A stretch of 63,073 bases of DNA, counting the filler, from Bilabrum cf. latius (Eukaryota), in assembly GCA_965178125.1 (NCBI GenBank). It is 2 parts of 2 records of this genome, joined end to end, with 100 filler letters (N's around TTAATTAATTAA, not from the genome) between each part and the next. Parts side by side here need not be neighbours in the genome. Positions count along the whole stretch, not along the records: positions 1 to 31,613 come from CBCXTV010000015.1; positions 31,714 to 63,073 come from CBCXTV010000016.1. One strand, given 5' to 3'. The notes below the pieces were generated by a model. The model did not search any database. It was not told where the DNA came from and was given only the letters and a program-made list of their open reading frames with translations. This document shows positions 24,740-38,394 of the stretch, one piece after another. The position numbers and the translations under genes were made by a program. The first letter of the stretch is position 1, and each line of letters opens with the position of its first letter.

Positions 24740-24905
24740 CCGGGCCCGGGCCCAGGGACGCGCCCGGGCCCAAGCCCGAGCCTTGGGCCCGGACCTCCGC
24801 CCCAGCCAGGCCCGGGCCGGAGCTCGGGCTGGGGCTTGGGTTGAAGCCCAGGCTGGGATTGGACCCCGATCCAGGCCCGAATTTGGGCCTGGGTCGGGCT
24901 GGGTT
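24740..24905. repeat. GC-rich low-complexity (GGGCCC/GGGCT)n tract upstream of transposase A
   Basis: Visible degenerate hexamer repeats. Confidence 0.7.
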
Positions 24906-26142
24906 TCCGGGATCAAGTACAAATACGAAAGCACGAACCACGAGCATATCCCCGTTGTTCTCTCGCTGGGAAGCATGCAAGCAAGCCTTGCGAATCGCTG
25001 TGCTCTCTTCGAAAACAACACATGTTGACACAGGATCATGTAGCGATATTGGCCAAAGAAACAAACGATCATCGTGTTTTCGCTCGGTTGCCCGCAATGT
25101 CGGTGGGCAGCTCTCATGCCGTGCGGCCCCAAAGGAAATCGGATTCTCAGTTCGAACTCCTCGACCGATCTTGTGTCACACATTGGCTTTAGCGATGTTC
25201 GCGCTGTAGACTGTGGTTTGACGTGGCTTTCATTCGAAATTGGACTTCGATTTAAGGCTTCGCGTTCCAAAGACGAACATGTCACCATGAATGACTTACA
25301 CAACCAGCATGGATCGCCCACGGATTGTCTCCAGCCGGCGCAAGGCCACGCCCACGGGAGCGTCTTCTACGGGACGGTGACTTCGCGATCACCACACCGC
25401 TCGGTTAAGCCGGAGGGAGGAGTGACGCGGATACCGCTGCGCTGGGTGTTATATGAGGTTCTGTTCCAATTCTGCTGTTCGCCTGTTCTAGGATTTTGGG
25501 TCTTCTTTACGTTATGTGTTCGCGTACGGCGCCGTCGGCGCTCGCTCGCCAAAAGTCAATGGCGGGAGGGCGGCTTCATCCAGGCTTCTCAGACGCTCCC
25601 AAAGCGCGGGCGCCCGCGGAATAATGCTACAGAGCATCTCCCATGGCAACCGCTCACTGCCGTCCTGTGCCTGAGGTCGCCACCACGGCACATCCACCTT
25701 CATGATCTCTCCGCTCGCACGCCCGCCCAAAACTGCGCGACACTTTCGATTTCGCCACATGGACAGCTAGTGTCAACCACTCATTCCAGAGACACTGCGC
25801 ATGAAGACGGAATCATGTTTCTCCAAAGAAGCACGAGGTCCAGATGGAGCATGCCATGCACCATGTATCGCCGAAGCACCTCCGATTTTACGGCAACACG
25901 CGAGCATCCAACAGATCGCGTAACATCGACGGACGTGTCAACATCACGACAGTGGTTCCTCGCACGCCGAGTGGCAGTATCAAGTCGATCCGGGGGCAAC
26001 AAATCATGTTTACATCGGACATCGTCACAATATGTGCCCAACTTGTCACTTCTCCGACGAAAAAATCTCACCGAGTTTCATCCACCTCACATTTTCAGCA
26101 TGTCCATGTGGCTTTTTTTTTGTCCATCTATATTGGACGCGC

Positions 26143-27795
26143 TCAAACCACCTGTCGGCACCACGCGGTCTGGAAGCAGCGCTTTCTGTACATGTCGACG
26201 CGTGCGCGTCGCTGTCGTTGCCAGCGCTGGGAGTTCGCGCCGTCCTGCGCCGGCTCCGGCTCTGTGACGAGCCAAGTCATGACATTCGTGAGCTGCCCAT
26301 TGCTCTCGCTCAGGGCTTCCGTGACGCTCATCCCCTCCGGGTCCTCTTGCAGGACGCGAAGCGCGTTCGTTGGGGCTAAGTCGCGGAGAAACTGGCATAG
26401 ACAGGCTCACGGCCTTCTGCCTGAGCATGAGCTACCCCCTGAAAAAAGCCCCATTGGCCGTCCGCGCGTCCGAAAGGACCGCACCATGCGCCCGATGGGT
26501 ATTCGATCCATCCACGCGACACCAACATGTCGCGAAGTTGAGCGTCCTGGGTCCACAGGTCGAGGGACCGCGGCGGACGTTGTGTGATCCACACATAGGG
26601 CATGCTACCGCTGGCTAACGGTACGCGCGCATACACACGAGGCTCACCAGACCATTCCAATGAGATGAGTTCCCGCACGCGATACCCTCCGCCATGAGAA
26701 CACGTTCTGCCGGGCAGTTCACGTGTCCCTGACTGCGACCACCAACGCGCCCACGCATTGGATCGCACCGCGCCGGCTAAATTCATCGACACGTGCTTAT
26801 CGGAAAATCCGCCTATGGGCGGGCACACCAAGCACGCACCGCACTGTTGTTGTGGCAACTCACCGTTCATTTGGTTCATCAACCAAACGTCGATGTGCCC
26901 CGGTTTCGTGCGACCCATACGATCGAGGAGGTATCGAGCGCCAGCCGCCGTGAAGCCCAGCATAGTGCTGCCATAACTGACGCGGTTGCCGCGCACGTTC
27001 CGTTTTTGCTCCGGCTGCGCGGCGTTCCATGACAACCACACGACATTGCCACGCTGAACGCGAGCCGCTTCGTTGCAGATCGCTACGAGGTCGGTTAATT
27101 CTGGGCTCACTTCGGAAAATCCTTCTGGCACGGCTCGCCCTTCCGCCCGCTCGAGCCCGGAGATCATGGGAGTCGCCTGTGATTCTCGTCGCGATCTCTT
27201 AGACCGCTGGCCGGCTGTGACCTCCGCCCTGTGCGCCGCCGTCCCGCCTTGGCTCCCCGGGCGACCGGCTCCGGTGGAGCCTGCGGAGACAGCGGACGCA
27301 GGGACTCCGGCGGATGAGGCAGCAGCCCCTGACCCCGGCCCGCCCGTACTCTGCTCTCCGATCAACGGCATCCATGTTTCCGGGGCGAGGTCGTCCCAAG
27401 GGTATGCCCGCCAGTCGTGCTCGCAGTATAAGAAGAGGGTGTCCGGCGCGTGGCGCTCGTCAAGCATCCACGGGAATGCACAATCCTCCACCAATGAAGT
27501 ATCCGATCACATGGGAAGGAAATGAAACACCCACATGCTTCAGAAAAAACCACCCGCAATGCATGGACTCTGGATGCGTGAACGGACTTATGGTTTGCGA
27601 TTCACGGGCCAAGCCGCCCGAAACCAATACCAGATGCAGTGCGGGATCGGCACCTCCGGCGTCATCTTCGCAGTGCGTCCAATACATGCTAAGATCTGCG
27701 CCGGTCTCAATCTGTACGGCAAGTACGGAAAATAGCTGGCCGTCTCCGCGGTTTCGTGCGTCAGCATGAGCACCTGAAATCAGACATATGAACAT
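26143..27795 (-). CDS. Putative GT25-like protein, second copy
   Basis: Near-identical to 1052-2700; core ORF 26376-27494. Confidence 0.45.
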
Positions 27796-28807
27796 GACAT
27801 TGGATGTACCTGGAGTTCATGGCATTTCAGTGAAAAATCGGTTCGAAAACATGGGAAACGTATGACATTTTTCTCGGGCCACAAGCACCGACGGCGACCA
27901 GCTCATCTGATGCTATGTGATTCCAAAATGGAACAGAGCGCCAAAAATATGGAACCAACCTAGCCGTGTATGTCATGACACGTGAGCAACTGTGACGCGA
28001 AAAATCCCCATCAGCGCCTGCACCGGGCGGCCCAGAACCATCGTTACATGCTTCTCCGGGCTGTAAGCCGCAGATTTCAACGCGAGGTCAAGTCTCACTC
28101 GCTGCAAGAGCTCTGCTGTGCCTGCGGCGACGGTGGCGGCGGCACTGGCTGTAGCGGGTGCAGAGCGCGGCGCTGCGGCCGTGGCCGCAGTGCTCGTCGG
28201 AGGCCCCACGGCGGCGGCGGCGGCTGCTGCATGGAGCGCCGTGACAGGGCTCGCGGCGCAAGACGCACCAGAGCTTCGGCCCCAAACATGCCACGAGCTG
28301 TGTCTCATCATGCGGGTGCGTGTGTCCTCACCCCGCGTCGCAATCCAATCTTCAGTGACGCACAGGCACTCTCATTCCAACCCATGCTGGATCACAATTT
28401 CCCAGACACATGCCATCAATCGCAAGTCCACATGACACAAAACACCTGCAAAACAAACAAGCTCGATCACTCAGCTGAGCAGTGAAACACCCCATGGCCA
28501 TGTGATTTCATTCAATGCGAAAAGAGAAATACCACAATTCGATCGGTTTTCGGACAGATGCGGGGAACCTCACGATTTTTCATGAACGCTCGAAGCCCCA
28601 CAGATTCAGTTTCCCAGACGCGCCCGATTGGATACGTTTTTTCCGCGACCACCGTATCGCCTCCATTTCTCCGGGGCCTCTATACATGCAAAAGACTTTT
28701 ACACACTGTACATAGACCGATGCCAGAGAATCGTCGATGCAGGGCGAACAGCTCCTGTCATCGACATTCGGTGTTGTGCGAACGGCTCCAATCACCGGCA
28801 GGATCTC

Positions 28808-29339
28808 CTATGGCCATTGCTCTCCAATCGAGCGCGCACGGCGTCTGAGCTCCAAGCCCTGTTCTTGGCTGCAGCCGATGAAAAAGCAACGTCTAAAAAA
28901 CTCGGTCCACTCGGATGAAGCAAGCGGTCGCGAGTCGCGCGCGTCCGCAGGGACGAGCGCGGCATTCAGCACGCTCCCAGTTGAGCAATGCAACCAGGCA
29001 CGACGGTCGAGCTCCTTCAAATAATGCTGCTTTCGAACGAGAGGATTACCGGAACGACTTGGCGCGGATGCGGCTATGGCAGTGCGTCCATTCTGCACGT
29101 CTGTTATCCACGCATTGTACTGATTCCGTATGTCCGAAATGTGCCGGCGAATCCATTCCTGTGACCGCGGGCTGTCAAGCCTGCGCGCCGGGGACTGCGG
29201 CACGAGCCTCGCCGGGTTCGCTGGCCGGCGTGATAGGACTCGGGACACAAAGATCACAATTCATCCTGTGGCTGTCACCAGATGTCTGCGTAAACCACAC
29301 CGCATGCTCCGACACTGCATCTCGGATGATGTGCTCCAT
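28808..29339 (-). CDS. ORF-X, second copy in A (1-bp frameshift)
   Basis: Near-identical to 3854-4384. Confidence 0.7.
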
Positions 29340-30456
29340 GCGTGGGAATGAAAAACATGTCGCACATGCTCCCCGAAAGAAAAATCAAGCATGAGAGAAA
29401 ACATTGCTCCCCGCATCGTCCTGAAAACATCAACCTCAGTAAAGGTCATGGGAAACACCTGAGGGGTTTGTTCTCTTTTGATCGATCGCACAACGGCACA
29501 CGCACAATCGTCGGGCAAAGCATTGGCACCACGTGGCGACGACCCATACCCAAAAAAAGTCACTGCGACTCCGCACTGGCAACTCGCGCTCTCTCCGGGC
29601 AAGCCCGAAAAGCCGGGGACAATTTGCCGGGCAATGCTGATGATGAAATCCCATATAGTGAGAAGATACACGAACTCCGACAGAAACACGCTGGCCCCAC
29701 ACACAAAGATCCCCAGTGTCTATACATGCGCTAACTTTTTCCTGTACAAGATCGAGTCACACAACCAAGCGGGGATGCTAATACAACTTGACACTCGACG
29801 GTACCGCATCAATGAGGACGCTCCTTCTCAACACCGGCGCGCTGAAGATTCATGACAAACGATGACAGCCGACAAAGGCGCTTGCGTCCCAGGAACCAAC
29901 AGGGGCTCTATTCAATACGCGGAGAAAGGACTCAGAAAACGATTCTGAATGATGACGACAGGGACTAAACAGATCCATGAACAACTATGTCACACGATCG
30001 TCGGCGCAAGTAATCGCACCGCCTAGCCGGTAGCCAACGCAGCTGTACAAAGCCCTCACAGAGAGACTAGACAGTCCACATGACAACCGCCGAATCACAC
30101 GGCACACGATCGCCAACGAAACTATACACATAACATCCGCGTGGCACCGCAACTGAGAAGGCGAGAAAAAAAGAAAAAAAGGAAGCACATGAACAGTCGT
30201 TGCCGCCAAAGAGGTGCCGCTACACATGTGGTCTCGTGGGCGACTGACCGCGGGCAACGCGCAATCCGGCAGTGCCCAGTGGACATAGACCGCCACGTAA
30301 CACAGGTCTGACCACCAATCCGGGGTGCACAGACACCCTAGAGGGACGTGTATCCTGTGCCCAGACCGGATTCGATTTTCCCGGTCGGTTTCTGGGGCAC
30401 ATTCTGAGGCCGGATTCTGTCCAGGACTTCCGCGGAAAAAAGCCGATACCCTACTG

Positions 30457-31613
30457 CAGTAGGGTATCGGCTTTTTTCCGCGGAAGTCCTGGACAGAATC
30501 CGGCCTCAGAATGTGCCCCAGAAACCGACCGGAAAATCGAATCCGGTCTGGGCACAGGATACACGTCCCTCTAGGGTGTCTGTGCACCCCGGATTGGTGG
30601 TCAGACCTGTTACGTGGCGGTCTATGTCCACTGGGCACTGCCGGATTGCGCGTTGCCCGCGGTCAGTCGCCCACGAGACCACATGTGTAGCGGCACCTCT
30701 TTGGCGGCAACGACTGTTCATGTGCTTCCTTTTTTCTCGTCTTCTCAGTTGCGGTGCCACGCGGATGTTATGTGTATAGTGTCGTTGGCGATCGTGTGCC
30801 GTGTGATTCGGCGGTTGTCATGTGGACTGTCTAGTCTCTCTGTGAGGGCTTTGTACAGCTGCGTTGGCTACCGGCTAGGCGGTGCGATTACTTGCGCCGA
30901 CGATCGTGTGACATAGTTGTTCATGGATCTGTTTAGTCCCTGTCGTCATCATTCAGAATCGTTTTCTGAGTCCTTTCTCCGCGTATTGAATAGAGCCCCT
31001 GTTGGTTCCTGGGACGCAAGCGCCTTTGTCGGCTGTCATCGTTTGTCATGAATCTTCAGCGCGCCGGTGTTGAGAAGGAGCGTCCTCATTGATGCGGTAC
31101 CGTCGAGTGTCAAGTTGTATTAGCATCCCCGCTTGGTTGTGTGACTCGATCTTGTACAGGAAAAAGTTAGCGCATGTATAGACACTGGGGATCTTTGTGT
31201 GTGTGGGGCCAGCGTGTTTCTGTCGGAGTTCGTGTATCTTCTCACTATATGGGATTTCATCATCAGCATTGCCCGGCAAATTGTCCCCGGCTTTTCGGGC
31301 TTGCCCGGAGAGAGCGCGAGTTGCCAGTGCGGAGTCGCAGTGACTTTTTTTTGGGTATGGGTCGTCGCCATGTGGTGCCAATGCTTTGCCCGACGATTGT
31401 GCGTGTGCCGTTGTGCGATCGATCAAAAGAGAACAAAACCCCTCAGGTGTTTCCCATGACCTTTACTGAGGTTGATGTTTTCAGGACGATGCGGGGAGCA
31501 ATGTTTTCTCTCATGCTTGATTTTTCTTTCGGGGAGCATGTGCGACATGTTTTTCATTCCCACGCATGGAGCACATCATCCGAGATGCAGTGTCGGAGCA
31601 TGCGGTGTGGTTT
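30457..31613 (+). mobile_element. Inverted partial copy of element A terminus (fold-back)
   Basis: Reverse complement of ~29295-30456, mirrored at GATACCCTACTG|CAGTAGGGTATC. Confidence 0.85.
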
Positions 31614-31713
31614 NNNNNNNNNNNNNNNNNNNNNNNNNNNNNNNNNNNNNNNNNNNNTTAATTAATTAANNNNNNNNNNNNNNNNNNNNNNNNNNNNNNN
31701 NNNNNNNNNNNNN
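31614..31713. other. Artificial contig-joining linker (N44-TTAATTAATTAA-N44)
   Basis: Symmetric N runs surround a 12-mer with stops in all six frames; total length is 100 nt. Confidence 0.95.
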
Positions 31714-32782
31714 AACGACCGTCTTCCTCAATTTCGACGAGAGTTCGTGCCGCCTGTGGACACCGCCGAAGCCAGGTTTACTGAGTGCCCGAACACACCT
31801 CGAAGTCAGGCGCGGCCGCGTGCCGCGACAGGTGGCATCCCTCAAGAATAAGCGCACGGCTTTCTCTCTTCTCGCTTTCCTTGCAGACAATGTGGAGATA
31901 CAGAAAGCATTGCCGCAAATTCTCTTGGTGAATTCGCACACCATTTCCGCCGCTGATACGACGTGGCTCCGCGAACAAACACGGAATTCAGGAGTTACTG
32001 TAGAGCGGCGGAAAACCGCGTGGTTGAAAGGCCCAGAACTCGGTCGCGTTCTGCGACTCGCAGGCCGCGCGTTAGAGCCATGGAAGGCGTCGCACAAATT
32101 CATTCTCGCACTCGATGCCTGCCCGACGCATTGGACAGCGAGCGTCGCACGCGCAGCCGCGGAGAGCGATATCAGAATTGTGTTCGTGCCACCATGCACG
32201 ACGTCCTTCCTGCAACCACTGGATGTGCACGTCTTTCACCATTTGAAACGCGCTGCGAGAAATGGTCTCGAAGAGCTGTACATAAAACAGCCAGTGGGGC
32301 CAATTCCGAGCAGAGATGTCGTGCGCATGTGGGCCAAAGCCACGCGGGAAGTTTTGCAGGCGCGGTGCTGGAAATTCGCGTTTCTCTCTTGTGGCTTCGG
32401 GCAAGGTCAGGAGCACCTCGGCACCCGATGCAGAGCTCGCACCGGCCTGGAAGCACCCCCAACTGTAGGACACGAGCTCCCATCGCTGGAGGAGCTCCAA
32501 CTTTGTACAACAGCACGGGCACGGTTGCCGCTCGGGTGGTGGTTCCATTTGCCCGTGCGCGCGGAACGCGAAAATGCCCTTCCGGCAGCTTTTTCAGCTC
32601 TAGCGCGTCCCGAGACCGCAGCGCCAGAACTCGCCGCCCCAGACGGGGCCGCGGGCGACGCAAGCGCCTTTCGCTCGGAAGCGCCGACATGTCCGAGCGC
32701 AGCGAGGCCGCAAGCGACGACGAGCGCGCCATCGAGGCTGCCGAGAGCGCGCCGGCTCTGGCCGGCGACGCGAAGGCCGTAG
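31714..32782 (+). CDS. pogo-like DD35D transposase, 5'-truncated by contig start
   Basis: Matches exon 2 of 44511-46495. Confidence 0.85.
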
Positions 32783-33123
32783 CAGAAGAAAGGCAGCTTG
32801 ACGACGCAGTCGCTGCGACAACGGCCGCTCCCGGAGGCGCGCCGCCGAAGCCGCTCTCGACGAAAATCGACGAGCTGCGGGCGAAACAGGCGGCAATGAC
32901 AGCCGAGCGAAAGCGGGTGACAAAAGACCTCCGCAACCACGAAAAGCGACGTCGCCGTTTGAAAGCAAACGCACGTCGTCTGAGCAACGACGACCTCGCC
33001 GAGGTCATGCTCATGCGCGAGGCAAGTCGCCCGGACGCCGAGAGCGAAAAGGCCGGCGACGCAGCGTCGTCATCCGCCTCCGCGAAAAAGCCGAAAAAGA
33101 AGTCGTCCGCGAAGGAGGCGTGA
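32689..33123 (+). CDS. Small basic coiled-coil protein (B copy 1)
   Basis: MSERSEAAS...LSNDDLAEVMLMRE; homolog of 22210-22662. Confidence 0.8.
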   Translation: MSERSEAASDDERAIEAAESAPALAGDAKAVAEERQLDDAVAATTAAPGGAPPKPLSTKIDELRAKQAAMTAERKRVTKDLRNHEKRRRRLKANARRLSNDDLAEVMLMREASRPDAESEKAGDAASSSASAKKPKKKSSAKEA

Positions 33124-33827
33124 AGGCGCGCCACGCAAGCATCATATGACGACATAGTTCATGGAAGTGTTGTGGTTTGACAGGTGAATCGGAAGCATGC
33201 TATCCCGTGTGAATTTGGGTTCATTGCGCATCATGACATGGATGACTCTCAGGCGAAAGAATTGCGGCGAAAGAGACGCGCTACTGCATGAAGACCACCG
33301 GCTGACAAAAGGAGACCAGCAGACGCACCAGAGCGACACGAGAAACAAAATCGGCGAAGAGTGAAACGTCCATAAACCAGGGAGAGGAGAGAAAAACAGG
33401 CCACATCAGCCAGAATCGGAAGAAATTGGCCAGAACCGACCGAAGTCCATAAGACATCGCATTCGTAGATCTGCATCCCCCAAAATCGTTGCAAACCACC
33501 CCTTCCCGCCGACATCGGACCAGATTTGACGAAAAACGTGCGAAAATGCATAGGAGGAGAGGGGGAATGTGGGGCGGGAATGGACGGAAATCGCGAAAAT
33601 CCCCAAAAAAACCAGGAACATCGGCCCAGATGAGGTCAAAACTGTGCAAATTACCACAAAAATGCCCCCCCCAAATCCAGAGAAATCGCGAAAATCTTAG
33701 AAAAAATGGGAAAATTGGGCTAAATTCTGTGGAACAATTGCCCAAAACGAGGCGAAATGTGGCCGAAGCGTGGAAATCTCCCTAGCGCTTCGGCCCTAAA
33801 TGGTCCAAACCTAGTGTAAAATGAAGA

Positions 33828-33917
33828 AAAAAAGGGGGCCGAAGCGCCGAAGCGCTGGAAAGCGCTTTAAATATTTAAAAGCCTTTCCCAGCGCTTCTGC
33901 TTCGCCCCCCCTTTTTT
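33828..33917. other. Putative origin hairpin (B copy 1)
   Basis: About 45 bp imperfect arms centred on TTTAAAT|ATTTAAA. Confidence 0.6.
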
Positions 33918-34745
33918 AAGGGAAAATTGACCTCCAGAAAAGCAGAGGCCCAAACCAGGCAAAACCGAAAAGAAATGCCTCCAAAAAACGTGCGCGAGAA
34001 GCACGCATCGGAAAAAACAACCACTGAAAACAAGTGCCGGCCATACAATCATTAAGGGGTCCCCGTGTTGTGGATGTGGGCGCTTGCATCGTGATGGGAG
34101 AATATCGTGGGAGCGTTTGTAGTCTGTTAAGGTGTTTGCGGGAAGGAAACGAGGTCGAAAAGGAGACCTAGGTATAGGGAAGCAGGGACCCAGGGGAAAG
34201 CATGCCATGTGTCGGAAAGTGGATGAAAGAGCGTGTGACGGGCACGTGGAATCGACTTGGATCCGGCAGTGGGAATCACTCGTTCTATGTCGGGAGACGT
34301 GAGGTTCCGGTGCACATCGTTGGAAAAGGCGAGGGCGTGAGGTGAGGGTAGAGGTATAAAGAAAATCCTGGTGAGGCCGTTTGAGTCTGCGCTTCGAGGA
34401 GAAGCGAAAGGCATTTGAGGGAATTTCGGACGCGAGGTGTTCTGAATGGTTGCACGTGTGGGCCGGTGTTTCCTTTTTCGGCATGTCCTTTTTGTCGTGT
34501 GTTCCATTGACATCACGGGGTGCATACGGTAGCCTTGCGTCGCTTCACACCGCAGGAATCTGTGGAGTTCCCGGTGTCAATGCTCTCCATGTTCCCCTCA
34601 GCATGGTCACATTCGACATGGGGTCCTCTGCACAGTCCATGTGCGAGCACTCGGCGTCATGCTCTGAATCATCGTCGCTTCGTTTGCATTTTTTTTCTGT
34701 CGGAGTTGCCCAAGTGCCGAGCGGATTGTGACGCTTCGGAGTGCG

Positions 34746-36414
34746 ATGTCGTCCTCGACTGGGCAAGCTGTGGAGCATCCGACGAAGCGCCGTCGCTTTT
34801 CCGTGAAGCGACCGCCCGCGGTGGCGTCAGCGCGTGTGCCCGTGCACGAGCCGGTCTTGCCTGAGTCTCAGGCGAGCTCCGCCGCTCCGTCTGTGCACCC
34901 ATCTCCGTCTGCCGCCCAAGCCGCAGGCAGTGCTGACGGTGCGCGCCGACGCGACATTGCCCTCGGGGCTGTCGCAGATCAATCCGCGAGCAGCTCTCTG
35001 GATCACGCTGCGTACACAAAGTTGTGGCTACGCCTGTCGCGATGGGTCGTGTCGAGTGGGACGGCGGCGGAGAAGACTGTATGGGCGACCCACGGTTTAC
35101 GCCGCGAGCCCGGCAGTGTCCTGCGCGATGACCAGTGCGCGCTGCTGCGCCGTTTTCTGGATAGTCGGTCCGATCTTCCGGAATGTGTGCAGCAGGTTGG
35201 CGCGTGTCTCATCCGCGGCCACCGGTCTGGCTCCCAAGGCGTCCAAGGCGGTGCTTCTGAGAGCCGTCCCGCGACGCGTTTGTTTTTGTTGAATGGGCCA
35301 TGGGGGCTTGTGCCTTCCTTGATTTTTCAACCAGGCAACCCGGCAGTGGACGTCGACACGGTTGCGATGTCTGTGTCGTTATCGGCGTGGTTTACTGCGC
35401 TGCGTGTTGCCTTTCTTGCGTGGCTCATGCCCTTTGTGGAGCACTGGCGTGTTGTACAGTATGTGTGGTGCGCGGAAGTGTCGCCGACGACCATTCGTGC
35501 TCCCCACTCGCAAGCCCGTGTTCATTTTCACATTGCATTGCGTGCGCCCTCGGCGGTGTTAGAGTACTTCACGGGGTGTATGTTTCAAAGAATATCCTCG
35601 CCCGTTGTGTCTTTGTGCGTCGCCGAACGTGTGCGTGGTGCTGCACGCGGTTTTCAAGGGTTTTTTTTACGTGCAGGCGCCGAAGTTTGGTCGCGTAGAC
35701 GGCGGTGGAAGTGTCGAGATGTTTCATGACTATCTCGTTCAAGCCGACTGGATTATACAGTTACTCCAGTCCGGCAAAATTTCCGTTGGTACTGCGCGTC
35801 GGCTGTCTGTGCGCGTAGTGCGAAATCTCCCAAACATGCTTCGAACCTTGGCGGCTTATGAATCGGCCACATCCGAGGCGAGTTTGGAAGCGCACGTACA
35901 GGCTGTCCAAGCAGAGTTGCGAGGAGGGATGTGCCCCTTTCGAGAGATAGACGTCGTCTCCGAGTGGTTAGCGGAGTTCAACCGTCTTGCATCCCGCTAT
36001 CGCTTTTTAATTTTGGACGGCCCCTCCTGCGTCGGAAAGACGCAGTATGCATGCTCTTTGGCCCATACCGGCCATGTCTTTTTCTGTGATTGCCAACAAG
36101 CAACACAGCCCGATCTTCGGTGTTTTCGACCGCTGCATGATGAGGTGATTGTGATGGATGAGGCTTCGGCATCCTTAGTCATCCACAACAAACGCCTCTT
36201 TCAGGCGCCTGCGGAGTGGGTGTCCTTGTCCCACACGGCGACGAATATGTACAGTTATCGCCAGTGGGTTCACCGCGCGAAGATTGTTGTTTGTTGCAAC
36301 GATTGGAACGCGGGTTTAAATGTTTTGTCAGCGTCGGAGAGAGAGTGGATCCAGGACAACAGCCGGTATTATTATGCCGGTGAAGCGCTGTGGGTCCCGC
36401 GTACCGCGCTGTAA
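34746..36414 (+). CDS. rep: HUH+SF3 Rep (B copy 1; 1-bp homopolymer frameshift at ~35660)
   Basis: Same protein as 48522-50189 apart from one extra T in a T run. Confidence 0.85.
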
Positions 36415-36559
36415 TTTTCTCTTGTGATTGAATCTATATTTCGAAAGCGCGTTTCTTGGCAGGGAGAGGAACGCGTTTGCTGTGCGTCGGAGGTGCGTGT
36501 CCTGCAGACATTGTGGAGGGGAGTGTCGTCTTTGTATTTTTCGGTCGCCACATGCGGGC

Positions 36560-36861
36560 AGTATTCTGGGCCTAAATTCGTGTCCGAAACGTGGACGCGT
36601 TTTGCGATTTTCCCTGTGGGTCTCTGCCTCGTCATGGTTAACGAGGGGCGTGTTAGGCCGTCTGCCTGATCCGTGTCGGTTTCCTGCGGTCTACGTCCGT
36701 GAGAGGAGAGCGTGCAAAATTGTTGCTTGGCGGCCGCTGTGCGGACATGCGGTTTCCATGTCATGGTGTGTCCTGCAGTGAGCGGGCATCTGTGTAGACG
36801 TGCGGTCTGTGCATCATCTTGTCGCGGATGTGACGGCGGGAAAAATATTTTCTTCAATGTC

Positions 36862-36934
<73 letters not shown>

Positions 36935-36961
36935 CCCGTGCGCCCATGGTGGACTGCCGGT
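36560..36961 (+). repeat. Diverged direct copy of the element B left subterminal region (38506-38845)
   Basis: GTATTCTGGGCC...GTGGACGCGTTTTGCG...CCCTGTGGGTCT.TGCCTCGTCATGGT.AACGAGGGGCGT...GGCGGGAAAAATATTTT...CGTGCGCCCATGGT is shared. Confidence 0.8.
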
Positions 36962-38394
36962 CATTGATTTCGGGTTGTCATGACGATTTGTCGCTTGGCC
37001 ATCTCACTTTCCCATGATATTTCGTCACTAATTTCAGACCTTCCTAGATGATTTCGAGTCGTGCATTCTTGTCGGGCGGCGAAACGGCGAGGTCATGATT
37101 GCGCCAGTTGGCTTTTCGGACCCTGTCCCGTCTACCGGGCCCGTTTTAAATTGGCCGGCTTTTTTGGCGCGGTCCCGTCCGACTCGGCAACAGGTGTGCC
37201 ACACAGCCCGTCAAGGTAACTCCGCGAGAGGTACGCGGGAAGGCCCGCCACGGCCGCATCTCTGCGGACGCCCGCGTCGCAAGCGAAAGGTAGCTTCTCC
37301 TCCGCTCAGATTTTGAAGTTAAGGAACCTGTAGAAAGGCACCAGGACGCGGTCGACGTCGTCATCGTCAAACCGCAGCTCACCATGCACGACGTCTTGTA
37401 AGACGTCGCGTTCCACCTGCGTACGCACACGGCTGGCTGGCCCGACCCCCGCCCGCCCTCCGTCGCCTGCCTCCTCGTTATTGGGGTTTTTTGTTTTGCA
37501 AATACGACGTGAAGAAGGGGTCCGGACCTGGTCCTCTTGTGAAAAACCCAACTGGCGCATCCATCACCGTGTGTGTGTAAGGTAAGGTAAACTGCCGCAT
37601 GCATTGCTCCGTAGGCTGATAGAAAATGACGTGTCCATGACAGAATTTTGTTCCAAGTCGCACGAACCGAAAAATCCCCCATTTCCCTGGAAACCCTGCT
37701 TCTGGACGCGTGTTCGAATATAGATTGTCTTTTTCTCTCTACGGTCGGGAAGACGGGCGGGCGGGTGAGCGGCCGGGCGGGCGCGCGCGCGGACCGGTGG
37801 GCAGGCGGGCGGGTTAGTGGGCGTCCGGATGGGCGGTGAGGCTAGCGCGCGGCCGGGTGGGCCCGCGGGTGTGCAAGCGTGAAGGAGTAGATCGCGAGAG
37901 AGACTAGCGATTTGTTTTGGTATGGATCGCCAAGGGAAACACTGCCAACATTGCTCCGAATGGACCTAAATCGCGGAGAGGTTGTTTTCATTGCTGACGC
38001 ATGTTGCTCATTTTTTGCGGGAATCACGGTCCTGGACAATGAGTTTTGATTGCCGAAATCGGGCCGGATTTGGTCCATAGATCGCGACACTTCTGGCTAA
38101 TGGAGTCAAAGTGGACAAAGCTTCGATAAAATTCGTGAGAATCTCTGGGAATTTCTCTGACGCATGTGGCCAAATGCAGCACACTCTTCCCGGTCCGCAA
38201 AGGTGTGGCGCAGTCTACACGTAGAACGTTCTTGTGCGTTCGGTTGCTCGGTGCTTTTCCGCACCCGTGTAGTGCAGTTTGTCTGCTGGCGCCGTCTGTT
38301 ATTCTGCAGGAAAGTCGCGTGTGGCTGGGGCACTGTGTAGAGTGCCCCCCCCGGAGGTGTGCTGGTCGGCGGTCCGCGCCGCGGGCCTATTTCA

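Larger units (their letters stand above)
16900..30456 (-). mobile_element. Element A, complete copy (~13.56 kb): TIR element encoding pogo-like transposase and CRESS-like Rep
   Basis: Left end CTG-TAGGGTTTCACCTTTTTCCGGGAAAGTTGCGGCCATATTCCG aligns with the reverse complement of the right end, CAG-TAGGGTATCGGCTTTTTTCCGCGGAAGTCCTGGACAGAATCCG. Gene set is syntenic with element B. Confidence 0.8.

Noticed and set aside
31614-31713. TTAATTAATTAA palindrome and physical adjacency of elements A and B
   Set aside because: Artificial stop-codon linker inside N padding; adjacency and relative orientation of the two contigs carry no biological information.
36863-36934. Long poly-T run suggesting a retroposed poly(A) tail
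   Set aside because: The other copy (~50638-50647) has only ~10 T, so a homopolymer sequencing error is likely.
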